A stretch of DNA of 20,000 nucleotides from Kondoa subrosea (Eukaryota), in the NCBI GenBank assembly GCA_039545335.1, contig BCIN01000010.1, positions 303,574 through 323,573 on the forward strand, written 5' to 3'. Below, piece after piece: positions 10,920 through 20,000 of the stretch (positions within the stretch are counted from its first letter, which is position 1; the number at the start of each line of letters is the position of its first letter). Both the position numbers and the translations under genes were made by a program. A model generated the notes under the pieces. That model worked only from the letters and a program-made list of their open reading frames with translations. It searched no databases and had not been told where the DNA came from.

Positions 10920-12043
10920 TTACATACACCAGCTCAGTAACCATCCTACAGCACAGACGTAAACTACTCTGCTTATCGCTTTCCATGCTGTACTCTTTTG
11001 CCAAGACCCAAAGACATTCAGGCCAGCGCTGAAAATTGGTCTGGCACCAAAGAGAAGTGGATCGAAACCAGAGGTATGGAAAGGCGAACATCGACTCTGA
11101 GCATCTTGACTTGATTCTGTCCCAGACGAGGGGCCATCCTCGTCAGATATTCCAGCGTCCTCTTGAGATGCGGTGTAGCCAGTCATTGATCCCGTATGAG
11201 ACGCAACCATATGCTCGTCAGTAGGTGTCGAGGCTTGCTCAGATGGTCTTGGGCTGACAGAACGCCAATCGAAAAACTTGTTCATGTTCTCTTCATGTAT
11301 AGCAGATATGATACGGGAATCGGTTAAATCGACCAGGGTCTGTGGGCACCACGAGGCAGGTTGTAACGTAACGATATTGATATTTGTCAATTGCTGCCGT
11401 ATACTGTCGGCATTCACTGATGGAAGACAGAAGGGCAGAATAGCTATGAAGGAGTTGCTGGTTTCTAGTTGTGCAAAAGTCGCAGCTACACTTCATCAGC
11501 TCTCGTAAGATTCGACACGGTCGTTTTTGACTCACAATCAATGTCAGACCCGTCGAATATCGCAAGAACGGCATAATTCATTAGCCTCGATGCAGCTGAA
11601 TGGACCAGACTTCTCGCTGTCGGAATGAGAGAGGAAGCGATGTGCTTGGAGAGTATAAGATCAAGTTGTCGAAAGGTTTCAGGTATTGAGAGCTCTTCTT
11701 CTAGTAGTCGTACGCTGTTTCCCAATTGCGAAGCGATGACATCGCGCTGGTCACCTGGACCCAAGTCTGAGTTGGCTAAAGGCAATAAGAACTGCTGAAG
11801 CTCACTCGTTGAGCCTATAATCTTGACACGGAGCCGTGCAACCTGTGTTGGAACATCTTCCAAGTCCCCCTCATTCACAAGATCCAATCGAGGTAAAACT
11901 AGACTATTGGCGAGCGAATCAAGGCCACTGTGATCGATCGGAGAGTGTGGATCCGATGTGTCTGATAGCGGAAGCTCCAAGGGGCTCTCTGGTGAAGATG
12001 TAATGCTCTGTTCTCGATTGATGACCTGATAAGAGCCTTCCAT
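10920..12043 (-). CDS. Uncharacterised 357-aa tail-anchored protein; candidate Atg32-like selective autophagy receptor
   Basis: ORFs 11486-12043 and 10920-11417 join in frame through one 50-nt intron 11535-11486 (GTGAGT...GCTGAT...TAG); exons 12043-11536 and 11485-10920. It has N-terminal YQVI, an S/P/acidic disordered stretch, a central alternating alpha/beta-like region, an acidic linker and the hydrophobic C-terminus AISRVVYVCAVGWLLSWCM. The gene model is well supported; the function is inference. Confidence 0.75.
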
Positions 12044-12181
12044 CTGGCCTGATTTCGCGTATTTATTGGTCCGCTAAATGCTTGCGTATGAGCGTTGAAG
12101 TCGATGTCCAGCGCACTAGAAGCGCCTTGATTGTTTTGGATCAAAGGGAGATTCACGAGTTGTTCACAACCGCCAGGAGGC
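12044..12181. promoter_or_regulatory. Shared divergent promoter region orphan gene-PIG-X (138 bp)
   Basis: Head-to-head ATGs at 12043 (-) and 12182 (+). Confidence 0.55.
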
Positions 12182-12919
12182 ATGACTCTGGCGACATCTT
12201 CTTTTCGTGGCCAGGGACTTCACCTTGAATTGATCACTCACATCAAATTGCAGACTCTCCCCGCGCAATGCTCACTTCACATTTTATACCTAATTCCAGC
12301 TTCCTTCATTCTTGACGTCTTTCAAGTTCAGGAATTGGTTAACGGTCATCATTTGACCAGCTCCAGGGATTGCAAAGCGAAGATTCTGCATTTAGATGAA
12401 AGAGATTTGGAACTCCCGTTCGAGCGAGCAAACAATGGCAGCGCAATGGCTTGGATCGATTTGGGATCTGGGGTCGAACCGGCAGAATGGACTGTGACTA
12501 TGCCTTTACACTTGAGGACACATTTGCCGACAAGAGATAAAGAACGGTTTAGAAGTGTTCAGCTATCTTCGCCGATGCTGTTGGGAGCCTGCGAGTCAAG
12601 GGAAGCACAAGGTGCGCGTCGAAGTCTGAAGTTATATGCTTGGCTTGAACAGAACACCTTATCTGATATAGATGCTCTCAACTGTTCTGCCGAAGATTTA
12701 CTTCTACCTCAAATCCCTTCTGACCTCGTATCTTTCCACCCATTGGCGACGTCGTGCTCGTGGAAAGACCAGCGGCTCCTTTCTGCCCAATTACCAGTGG
12801 GATCCCTATCGCATGAAGTCTGGGTAAACAGAATCAATATCTTTGTCATCTGGTCTTGCGTTCTTGTCACCTTGTACATCGCTCTACGCAAGCAGACTGA
12901 AAAGCTGAAGCGCCAATGA
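12182..12919 (+). CDS. PBN1: PIG-X/PBN1-family subunit of GPI mannosyltransferase I
   Basis: Family-like motifs GLHL, IPASFILDVFQV, DLELPFE, MPLHLRTHLP and LPVGSLSH, followed by one TM segment and a C-terminal KLKRQ (KxKxx ER retrieval signal). There is a probable in-frame 60-nt intron 12612-12671 (GTGCGC...CTGAT.TAG). The first ATG is at 12182. Confidence 0.8.
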   Translation: MTLATSSFRGQGLHLELITHIKLQTLPAQCSLHILYLIPASFILDVFQVQELVNGHHLTSSRDCKAKILHLDERDLELPFERANNGSAMAWIDLGSGVEPAEWTVTMPLHLRTHLPTRDKERFRSVQLSSPMLLGACESREAQGARRSLKLYAWLEQNTLSDIDALNCSAEDLLLPQIPSDLVSFHPLATSCSWKDQRLLSAQLPVGSLSHEVWVNRINIFVIWSCVLVTLYIALRKQTEKLKRQ

Positions 12920-13157
12920 CGACACAGCTTTTGGCTGATCTCGTCAGATCAAACGACTGCAGGGGACGACATGTGGAAATATCCTCTTGTCCGCGCAGCA
13001 ACAGATTACACCGGCATCCAGTACGACAATGAACGAGAGGAATGGGAGGAACGACATCTGTAATGCATAGATTTCTACCATAATATTGCCTCTTTATAAC
13101 AGACCCAATGTATGCGCTCAACGCATTTTCACCTCATGAATCTTTTATCCAAATGCC

Positions 13158-15609
13158 CTATGCGTCTGCGGAAGTGTCTGCATCATTGTTGCCAGTCCTC
13201 TCCTCGCCCCAGAGCTGAACTCGGACCTGAATATTTTGCTTCAGCAGATGCAGTGAGTAAGGAATATTTGCTGTTACTCACATTCTCAAAGACTTTGAGC
13301 ACTACACACAGAAACGTCAGCGACCATTGAGTGGAACGAAAAATCCTACTGACATTTCCGACGAGCTCCTTGAGCGGAAACTCCCTTAGCTTCCAAAGCA
13401 GCTTCATCCATCTTGACCATATCCTGCCACTTGCTACCTTCAAAGTTTGGAGTGTATCTATTCCGAGTGAATGAGATAGCGAACGGGATTTAAGCTATAA
13501 AGAACCCTTACTTGTGTAATCTCAAGCTTCTCATCCACGCAGGGACATCGTTCAACAATGTCACATCGACCACTTCGTCTGGGTTAGAGCCACTGCCAGG
13601 AATGACAGGAGGTGGCGGGCGAGCACTAGGACTTTGATGACCTCCTCCACCACCCAAACGAGGTGATCTTCTGTCACCCATTCTTCCTCCTGGACTTATT
13701 CCACCATTACTGTTTGGACCACCTGGGCTGTTCATTCCACCAGAATTATTGCTGGGCAAACCGAGACCCATAGCATTGAAATTAGCCGAAAGCATATTGC
13801 CTAAACCCATTCCTGGGTTCATTCCATTCATAACCATTAAATTTTGCTGTAGTTGCAATTGAGCTTGCATCTGTTGCTGCATCTGCTGTTGTTGCATGAG
13901 TAGAGCGTTAGCCATATCAGCAGGAGACATGTTTCCGGTAATCGGGGTGTTGCTGTTTGAATTATTGGTGGAAGACGACAAAAGACCATTAACACTTCGC
14001 CAATTCTGTTGCGCGGACAGGGCAGCTGCTTGTTGTGGACTGAGCATACTGTTGGTGCTGGCGCTCAGATTCGGTGATGTAGGCAGCATATTGCGCTGCT
14101 GGGCTTGGCCAGCAGAAACAACTCTGCGTTGTGCTTCACCGACATATGAGTTATTCGGAGACGTGCCATTGCCATTGGGACGTCCGGGCCTTCTGAACTT
14201 CTTTGCATCATCCAACACCAAATTGGGATTGATTGCGTTGAACTGAGAAGAAGCAACAGTGTTCCAGCCAGCTAGAGCATTGTTGACGCCAGAAGCATCG
14301 AAACGAGGACTCAGAGGTGTGTCACCATTGTCGGGTTGCGAAAACATAGGCACGACAGGGGTATTGACCATAGAAGCCCAGCTACCTCCACCAACCATAG
14401 GACTCAACTCGGCAAAGCTTGTTGCTCCAAGATTAGGTGATCTCATAATATTGTTATCGGAATTGCCAGCGGTGATACCATAATCAGAACCAGTAGATTT
14501 AGGGCGTTGGGAATTTGGTGATGCAGAGCGAACAGATTGTTCCGCAATAGCTTCTGGTGCTAAACCACCCCAGAGTCCACCACCAGCAGAGCCAGAGCCA
14601 AAGTTGTTGCTCGACAAAGTGCCGGGTGCGGAAATTCGATGAGCTTGAGCCTTAAGTTTAGCACGTTGAGAATTGAGCAAAGAAGAGCTACTGTCTTCAG
14701 TATTGAGGGCAGAAGCTGGCGAGAGGTAATTTCCAAAGTCGTTTGCTGCGCTTGCGCCCAAGGACTGACGAGCGAATTGCCGAATGACAGGCGATGCAGG
14801 TGACTTGAGTCCCATTGAAGCAAGCTTGGCTTCCATTTGAGCCTCCATAGACGCTAGTTACTTTGGTGAGCGATTGATCGTAAATCCATACACACGACTT
14901 ACCTTGCTGGGGATTGCTGGGGCTGAACAATGCGGCGTTGCTGGGATCGCATCGAGCCATCTGTTGTAGAACAGTGATGAAGAAGCGGATCTGTACTTGA
15001 GTACTTGATTGAAGCAAGCTGTACAGGGCAGCTGTTCTTTCGGCTTCAGATAGAACTCGGAACCATTGTTCAATAGCTGATAACTCTTCTTTGAAGTTCT
15101 GCAGAATGACATTAGGTACTTAAGACAATCATTGGGGTGACGTTTATATATACCTGATCAAGTGAAGCAGCAGCCATCTCTTCCAGAGTTTGCTCATAAT
15201 GTTGCAAATCCTCAAACCACCTGTCAATTGCATCCGCTGCAAGACCGCTTTTGAGCCGAATTACGATACTTATGCAGGCCAATTACTCACATTCAGGATC
15301 AGCCATGCCAGCTGAACCGGGTAACATCTCGCTGCTAGGTCTAGGACCTCTTGGAGCAGCATAGGTTCCACTCGTATTTCTGTTGGCTTCTGATCTGAAT
15401 TTGTTGCCAGGTGCAGTGGTAGGTTGCAACGTAGCGGACGCAGGACTTTGTCTGCCTACATTTGCGGCGGCTAGCGATGAAGGCGCGCCCGAATGACTTT
15501 GCGAGTGCTGATGCCTTGATTGAACGCCCAAATGCGATGAAGCAGTCACTGTTTGTTGCTGTGAGAAGCTTCGGGAGACAGGAGGTGGAGTAGGAGCTGG
15601 TGAAGACAT
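13158..15609 (-). CDS. VTS1: Vts1/Smaug SAM-domain RNA-binding protein
   Basis: Coding exons 15609-15291, 15236-15154, 15098-14903, 14853-13512, 13457-13354, 13301-13282, 13226-13158. It has the conserved N-terminal block [55 protein letters not shown]...[12 protein letters not shown], the motifs [10 protein letters not shown] and LDDAKKFRR, and the SAM domain [18 protein letters not shown]...[23 protein letters not shown]. Confidence 0.93.
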
Positions 15610-15668
15610 CTGTAATTGATAAGTCAATGTCATTCCATAGGCCCCTTTGTTTCGGCTTGCAAACTGAC
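15610..15668 (-). other. Probable 59-nt 5'-UTR intron of VTS1 ending immediately before the ATG
   Basis: The minus strand reads AG|GTCAGT...TTGAC...TTACAG|ATG; length and signals match the other introns in the window. Confidence 0.6.
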
Positions 15669-16017
15669 CTCGTCTGATATATATGATATTTAAGAATATA
15701 TAGAGTTCTGGAAGCTGACTGTTGAGTCACTGCTCGAACTTGGGGGCAAAGAAAGAGCAGTGCGTGATTCCGGGTCTCAAAAATCCCTGCCAGAGGTAAC
15801 AAGGGAGTGCTGATGGAGCTATGGGGGCGCCCAGATTCAGAACTAGCTGTGAATGCAGCGGACCAGCCCAATTTGAACGAAGAACGAGGTTTGGGAGCAA
15901 CCGCGGAAACTCGACAAGAAGGCAACAACTGGAACGCGGATAAAGGGGCCAATGAAGCTTCTTGAGCTCTATGAGCAACTAGCAGGAATCTATAGCTTGC
16001 GCTCGGTTACAAATGTG

Positions 16018-17265
16018 CTACCTTTTCTTATCCCCGTCTGCTGTTAGACTAGTCAACCATCGCTTGAATGCCTTAGTTTCCAAATGCGAACTGGCTCTAT
16101 CGCCTTCTTTGCCCCATTCTGTATTGTAGGCATCCAGCAATGCCTCCGTTAGAATCAGGTCTACATCGTCGAGCTTTTGTGGACTGGAAGTAGCGGTTTG
16201 AGAATTGGGGGAAGGCGCTTTCGACCCTGGGAATCCAGTCCCTTGTAGTTTCGGAATGCACTGTATGTTTGTCTCAGCAGAGAACACCGGTCAGCTCGAG
16301 ATAGCGCATACGAGTTTTACTCCAATAGCAGCCCTTCTTGCAACTCCGCCTTTCGCGATGCCTCCCTTCCCACTCAGCTCCAAAACCCGCAAATACATAC
16401 GATAGGACAATTCCAGATCGCCCACAGTATACGCTGTCTCGGCATACCGCAGAGCGAAGTAAGGGTTTTGAGGTTGTAAAAGAAGAAGATCGCCAAGTGC
16501 TGAAAGAGCTTGTTGATACCTGTGCTGACGAGAATTAGTACAAGAAAGGAGCACAGTCCTCCGTGTTGCTCACATGCCTAAGGAAGAGTACACTTCCGCC
16601 AATTCTTGCCAAGCTTCGACATCTGTATAGACTGTGTCGAGGTGCTCGACCAGCAATTCGATGCCTCGCTGCTGTGAAAGTTTAGCTGTTGATCTGGTAG
16701 CAACTTCTTTTGACATGGACTGTGCTGCGGAGTTTGAAGCAGGGGAAGAAGAATGATAGAGGTGAAGGGAAATGAGCCGTTTACGAAGAGCCTGCTCACA
16801 AATAAGGCATGCAAGCGTTGCGAGAAGCGAGAGAAGCATACGATATTGTTCTCGTCAGCTGCTAGCTCATTCTCGCAGAACAATCGAGCAGCTTCAAAGT
16901 GACCTTCAGCTTCCAGACCCATCTCTTGCAACGGCTTGACCCTAGGGCTGTCTGGGAACTTCTTTGCCAGTCTATCGATACACACCTGAGCATAGCGCTA
17001 AGATCAAAGCTCGTTCTCTGCTGAGCTCAACAGGTGAACTCACGCTCGCTAAATCCATCTTGCCCATGTCGAGCGCGGCTACTGCCAACTGATCAAGGAA
17101 GCTCCAAACATCGTCCTTCATTGCCTTTGTGCCATTCCCTTCCAATATCGCTTCCCCATGCTCACAGACCAGTCTTGAATCTCGAACAGCATTCTTGCGT
17201 AGCTTAGCAAGGACTTCTATCCGTTCAGCTGTCGTTGGTGGCTGCTTTGGTGGTAGCTCTCGCAT
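16018..17265 (-). CDS. EMC2: ER membrane protein complex subunit 2 (TPR protein)
   Basis: Exons 17265-17044, 16985-16842, 16791-16574, 16519-16312, 16260-16018. Motifs: DDVWSFLDQLAVAALDMG, CIDRLAKKFPDSPRV, ENNIALRKRLI, LVEHLDTVYTDVEAWQELAEVY, YQQA...LLLLQPQNPYFALRYAETAYT. Confidence 0.9.
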
Positions 17266-17350
17266 GTCTCACAGATTTGAGGGCGAAGTACAGAAACGTT
17301 GAAGTCCAACCATCGTTCAGTCTGGATAATATTCTTGGATTTCGTGCACG
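17266..17350. promoter_or_regulatory. Shared divergent promoter region EMC2-PTH4 (85 bp)
   Basis: Head-to-head ATGs at 17265 (-) and 17351 (+). Confidence 0.6.
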
Positions 17351-18216
17351 ATGTTCTTAGTGTCACTGGCCTATAGAAGATCTGCTTTACGGTGTTTCGC
17401 ACATATACAGCAATTGCGGCCTATATCCTCAGAAAAACCTATCGATACTTTGGATTCGGATTCGGATCTTCTTCGTGCTCAAGCTTTTGTAAAAGACTTT
17501 GCAGTCACAGATCTGCCAAAAGGTCGTTCGCTTTGCAGTTTAGGATTGCTCCTTTCAATTTACATCGTGAAGCTATCAGATGCTCTTACTTCGACCTTCT
17601 CTCGCTCCTCTGGACCTGGAGGACAAGTTGGTCTTCTTCCGTTTCCTTATGTCACTGCATATCATCTCATATCACCCTTGTAGAATGTCAACAAAGGTGT
17701 TGTTGCTTCTTTCACTGCAAGCCAGTGCGAATCTTATGATACGGGTCAAGTCTCCACGAAATGTAGTTTGAGACTATCGCTCTCTTCGGCTGAAGCCTTC
17801 CTGCACCCGTATATAATACGAAACCTTCGTTCTTCTGTCCGTTTTTCTTCTTCTTTTAGTTTCCTGCTATACTCCCGCGCGTTTTGTCTGACGGTGTCAA
17901 ATTTCAGAGTTACTTTGTGAAATCATCGAATAGCATTTTGGTTCAAGCATCTACGCATCGAACACAGGCTTTGAATGCCGAAGCAGCCCTCAGCCGGTTA
18001 CATGCTATAGTATTGGAGGCAGCTTCAGAAGGTTGGTTCTTCATTTGAACATGCTTAAAAGCAGGCTGATTTTTTGGCTCAGGATTGCGAGGAGTTACTT
18101 CATCAGAACAAAAGAATCGGGTTGCAGGACTGGAAAAGGCTCAAAAAGCTAGAGTGAAAGCTGCCAAGGAAGTACGCAGATCTATAAAGAGCTCAAGGGG
18201 CAAAGTGTCGTTCTGA
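17351..18216 (+). CDS. PTH4: Mitochondrial codon-independent peptidyl-tRNA hydrolase / ribosome rescue factor (ICT1/ArfB family)
   Basis: Exons 17351-17522, 17580-17626, 17684-17696, 17751-17836, 17908-18031, 18083-18216. It has an Arg-rich presequence-like N-terminus, FSRSSGPGGQNVNKVSTKC (GGQ), ILVQASTHRTQALNAEAALSRL and a basic C-terminal tail (KAAKEVRRSIKSSRGK). Confidence 0.88.
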
Positions 18217-18413
18217 TGCTACATCTGGGTTGAATATCATGTCATAGTAGATGAGCAGCGAATACTATCGTTCATCACCCGCATAAGTCTGGTGAAATGC
18301 ATTATCGCATATTAACCTGTTTTGGCCATCTCGACCTGCTCAATCATTCAGTGTTCATTGCTCAAAACCTATTCTGATCTTGCTGACTACACGCCAAACG
18401 GTCGTCATACGCC

Positions 18414-19638
18414 ATGTCGTTCTCTGATCTCGAATCTGGTCTCGCTCGAGGGGAACCAAGCAGTGCGGTCTTCCCTTCTCGCATCATCATGCCTCTCGCT
18501 TTAATTGAGATGTATTATAGAAGGCAACACTTTCGATACTCTTTGCTCCTCAGTTGGTCTGAGCTGTTTCAAGATCAACTCGAATGTAACTGGAATTCAA
18601 CGTTTGGTCGAATTGCTCGGAGGGTCGAAGGATACGCCTGCAATACGCAAGAAGCTGTCTGTCATCCCAACCTAGTCATATGTATGACCTGCTAGAGATC
18701 TGATTTTCTTGTATAACACAGGACAAACTTGACTGAAGTAACCAGGGAACTCATTATCGCTTCAACAGAAGATGTTAAACGACTTTCTTCATTACAACCT
18801 CCTCCTGTAGGATTTCTTTCACCCGGTCATCTTCCTACAGCTGATCAGGAATTCCTCTTAGAAAGGACAAGCGAAACTTACCCAAGCCAAGATCTCAACG
18901 GAATTCAAAGCTTCAGTGGATAAGTTTCAAGCAGTACAGAAGCTTGCTCTAGGTAAACAGAAAATAGCTGTCAATCAACATAAAGCTGCTTTGGAAGAAG
19001 GTGGAACTTCATCGCCTGCAATGTGAGCAATCAATTTCATTTGACATGAATGACAAAGACTCAGATGGATATCAGTACACCTACTTCTCGATCGAGGGAT
19101 GGACAGCTTGTCGAATTGGAAGAGCAGAGGTACGTTGATGCGTTTGCAACTTTGCCTGATTCGTGGGTTCTGAAAATGCGTCAAGACCGCAACAACAGAT
19201 ACAAATATCAGCAGTGTCAGATTCAGAGTTAGAGTACCAAGAACAATTGATCGAAGAACGTGAGGGCGAGATCAGAGAAATCGAGTCCGGCATTCATGAG
19301 CTCAACGAAATCTTTCGGGATCTGGGTACAATTGTGCATGAACAACAATCCATGCTGGGTCTGTTCACATCTAGATCATATTCCCAGTTAAGATACTGAA
19401 TTGATCTCCCATTTAGATAACATCGAATCTAACGTTATCAATGTTGCCAATGACACTCAAGGCGCTTCTTCTGAATTGACTACGGCTCATGAATATCAGA
19501 AGAAAGCAGGGCGAAGAATGTTCTGGTTGCTGATAATCTTCGTTGTCGTTACAATGATTGTACTGCTGGCAGTAAGCAACCTGGATCCAAGCTTTCTGAT
19601 TGCTAGATATTGATTTTCGACTGCAGGTATTGGCTTGA
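18414..19638 (+). CDS. PEP12: Endosomal/vacuolar Qa-SNARE, PEP12/VAM3 (syntaxin 7/12-like)
   Basis: Exons 18414-18462, 18521-18656, 18722-18806, 18862-19022, 19076-19129, 19186-19358, 19417-19571, 19627-19638. It has MSFSDLESG, an Habc region (FKINSNV...LGGSKDTPAIRKKL), the SNARE motif LIEEREGEIREIESGIHELNEIFRDLGTIVHEQQSMLDNIESNV and a C-terminal TM anchor. PEP12 and VAM3 cannot be distinguished here. Confidence 0.85.
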
Positions 19639-19763
19639 GAGGGTTTTGGGCCGTGTATTATCTATGTACAAAGGACTCTATCAGGAACTAATCAGCGTTG
19701 AGCATGCCACGTATAGCTCCGAAGCATACTGATGTTATCAATATTCACATGATTGCTTATGCA

Positions 19764-20000
19764 TCACTTCTCTCCCGGTCGGGGTGTCAAGCTCAGATAC
19801 AGCACCAGACCACCTAGAGCAGCTATTGAAACCAATAGTTGAGAATTGAAAGACCCAATATGGAAGCTCTGTGATGATTTTGAGCAGGCCCTCGCGCAGC
19901 TATCGTGACAAGCTTGACAAACACTACTTGCAGAATCTATGGGACTTGTATTGAGGTAGTGCTGAATAAGAAAAGCGGTCATTGCAAGAAATGAGATTGC
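19764..20000 (-). CDS. Probable 3' end of an unidentified membrane protein gene entering from the right edge
   Basis: The frame is open from base 20000 to TGA at 19766-19764. Two hydrophobic stretches (AISFLAMTAFLI; LLVSIAALGGLVLYLSL) flank a Cys/Ser-rich loop. No family was recognised. Confidence 0.4.
   Translation of the reverse strand, partial: AISFLAMTAFLIQHYLNTSPIDSASSVCQACHDSCARACSKSSQSFHIGSFNSQLLVSIAALGGLVLYLSLTPRPGEK

Noticed and set aside
12936..12951. TGATCT-CGTC-AGATCA hairpin after the PIG-X stop
   Set aside because: A 6-bp stem is expected by chance in 20 kb.
15786..15796. Smaug-recognition-element-like CCT-CTGGC-AGG on the minus strand upstream of VTS1 (possible autoregulation)
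   Set aside because: The stem is only 3 bp, such matches are common by chance, and the site may be upstream of the TSS.
15341..15978. 203-aa and 83-aa minus-strand ORFs upstream of or overlapping VTS1
   Set aside because: Non-ATG starts and no family resemblance; the longer one runs across an AT-rich leader, a probable intron and VTS1 exon 1 in another frame.
1..19638. Functional cluster of membrane-trafficking/ER genes (BRO1, PEP12, EMC2, PIG-X, peroxin)
   Set aside because: They are interspersed with unrelated housekeeping genes, and no shared pathway requires clustering.
5097..19641. Stop-codon readthrough or cryptic PTS1 extensions
   Set aside because: None of the stop codons has the TGA-CTA readthrough context.

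Overview
Gene-dense, intron-rich eukaryotic DNA. It is fungal, most likely a basidiomycete yeast (inferred from ~46-71 nt introns, degenerate GT donors, CTRAY/CTCAY branch sites and protein similarity). Manual splicing gives 11 genes plus the probable 3' end of a 12th. In order: BRO1 (-, runs off the left edge), NUP2/NUP50 (+), HUS1 (-), CDH1/FZR1 (+), a Pex23/Pex30-family dysferlin peroxin (+), an unannotated tail-anchored protein (-), PIG-X/PBN1 (+), VTS1/Smaug (-), EMC2 (-), PTH4/ICT1 (+), a PEP12/VAM3-like syntaxin (+), and a partial membrane-protein ORF (-). I recognised no RNA genes, mobile elements or CRISPR arrays. The top candidate is the orphan at 10920-12043, whose motif order resembles the budding-yeast mitophagy receptor Atg32 (compared from memory; needs a profile or structure search). 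Second, the last CDH1 intron appears to start with TT instead of GT. Four head-to-head gene pairs have ATG-to-ATG gaps of only 85-202 bp. All exon coordinates were derived by hand, without RNA data or database searches.
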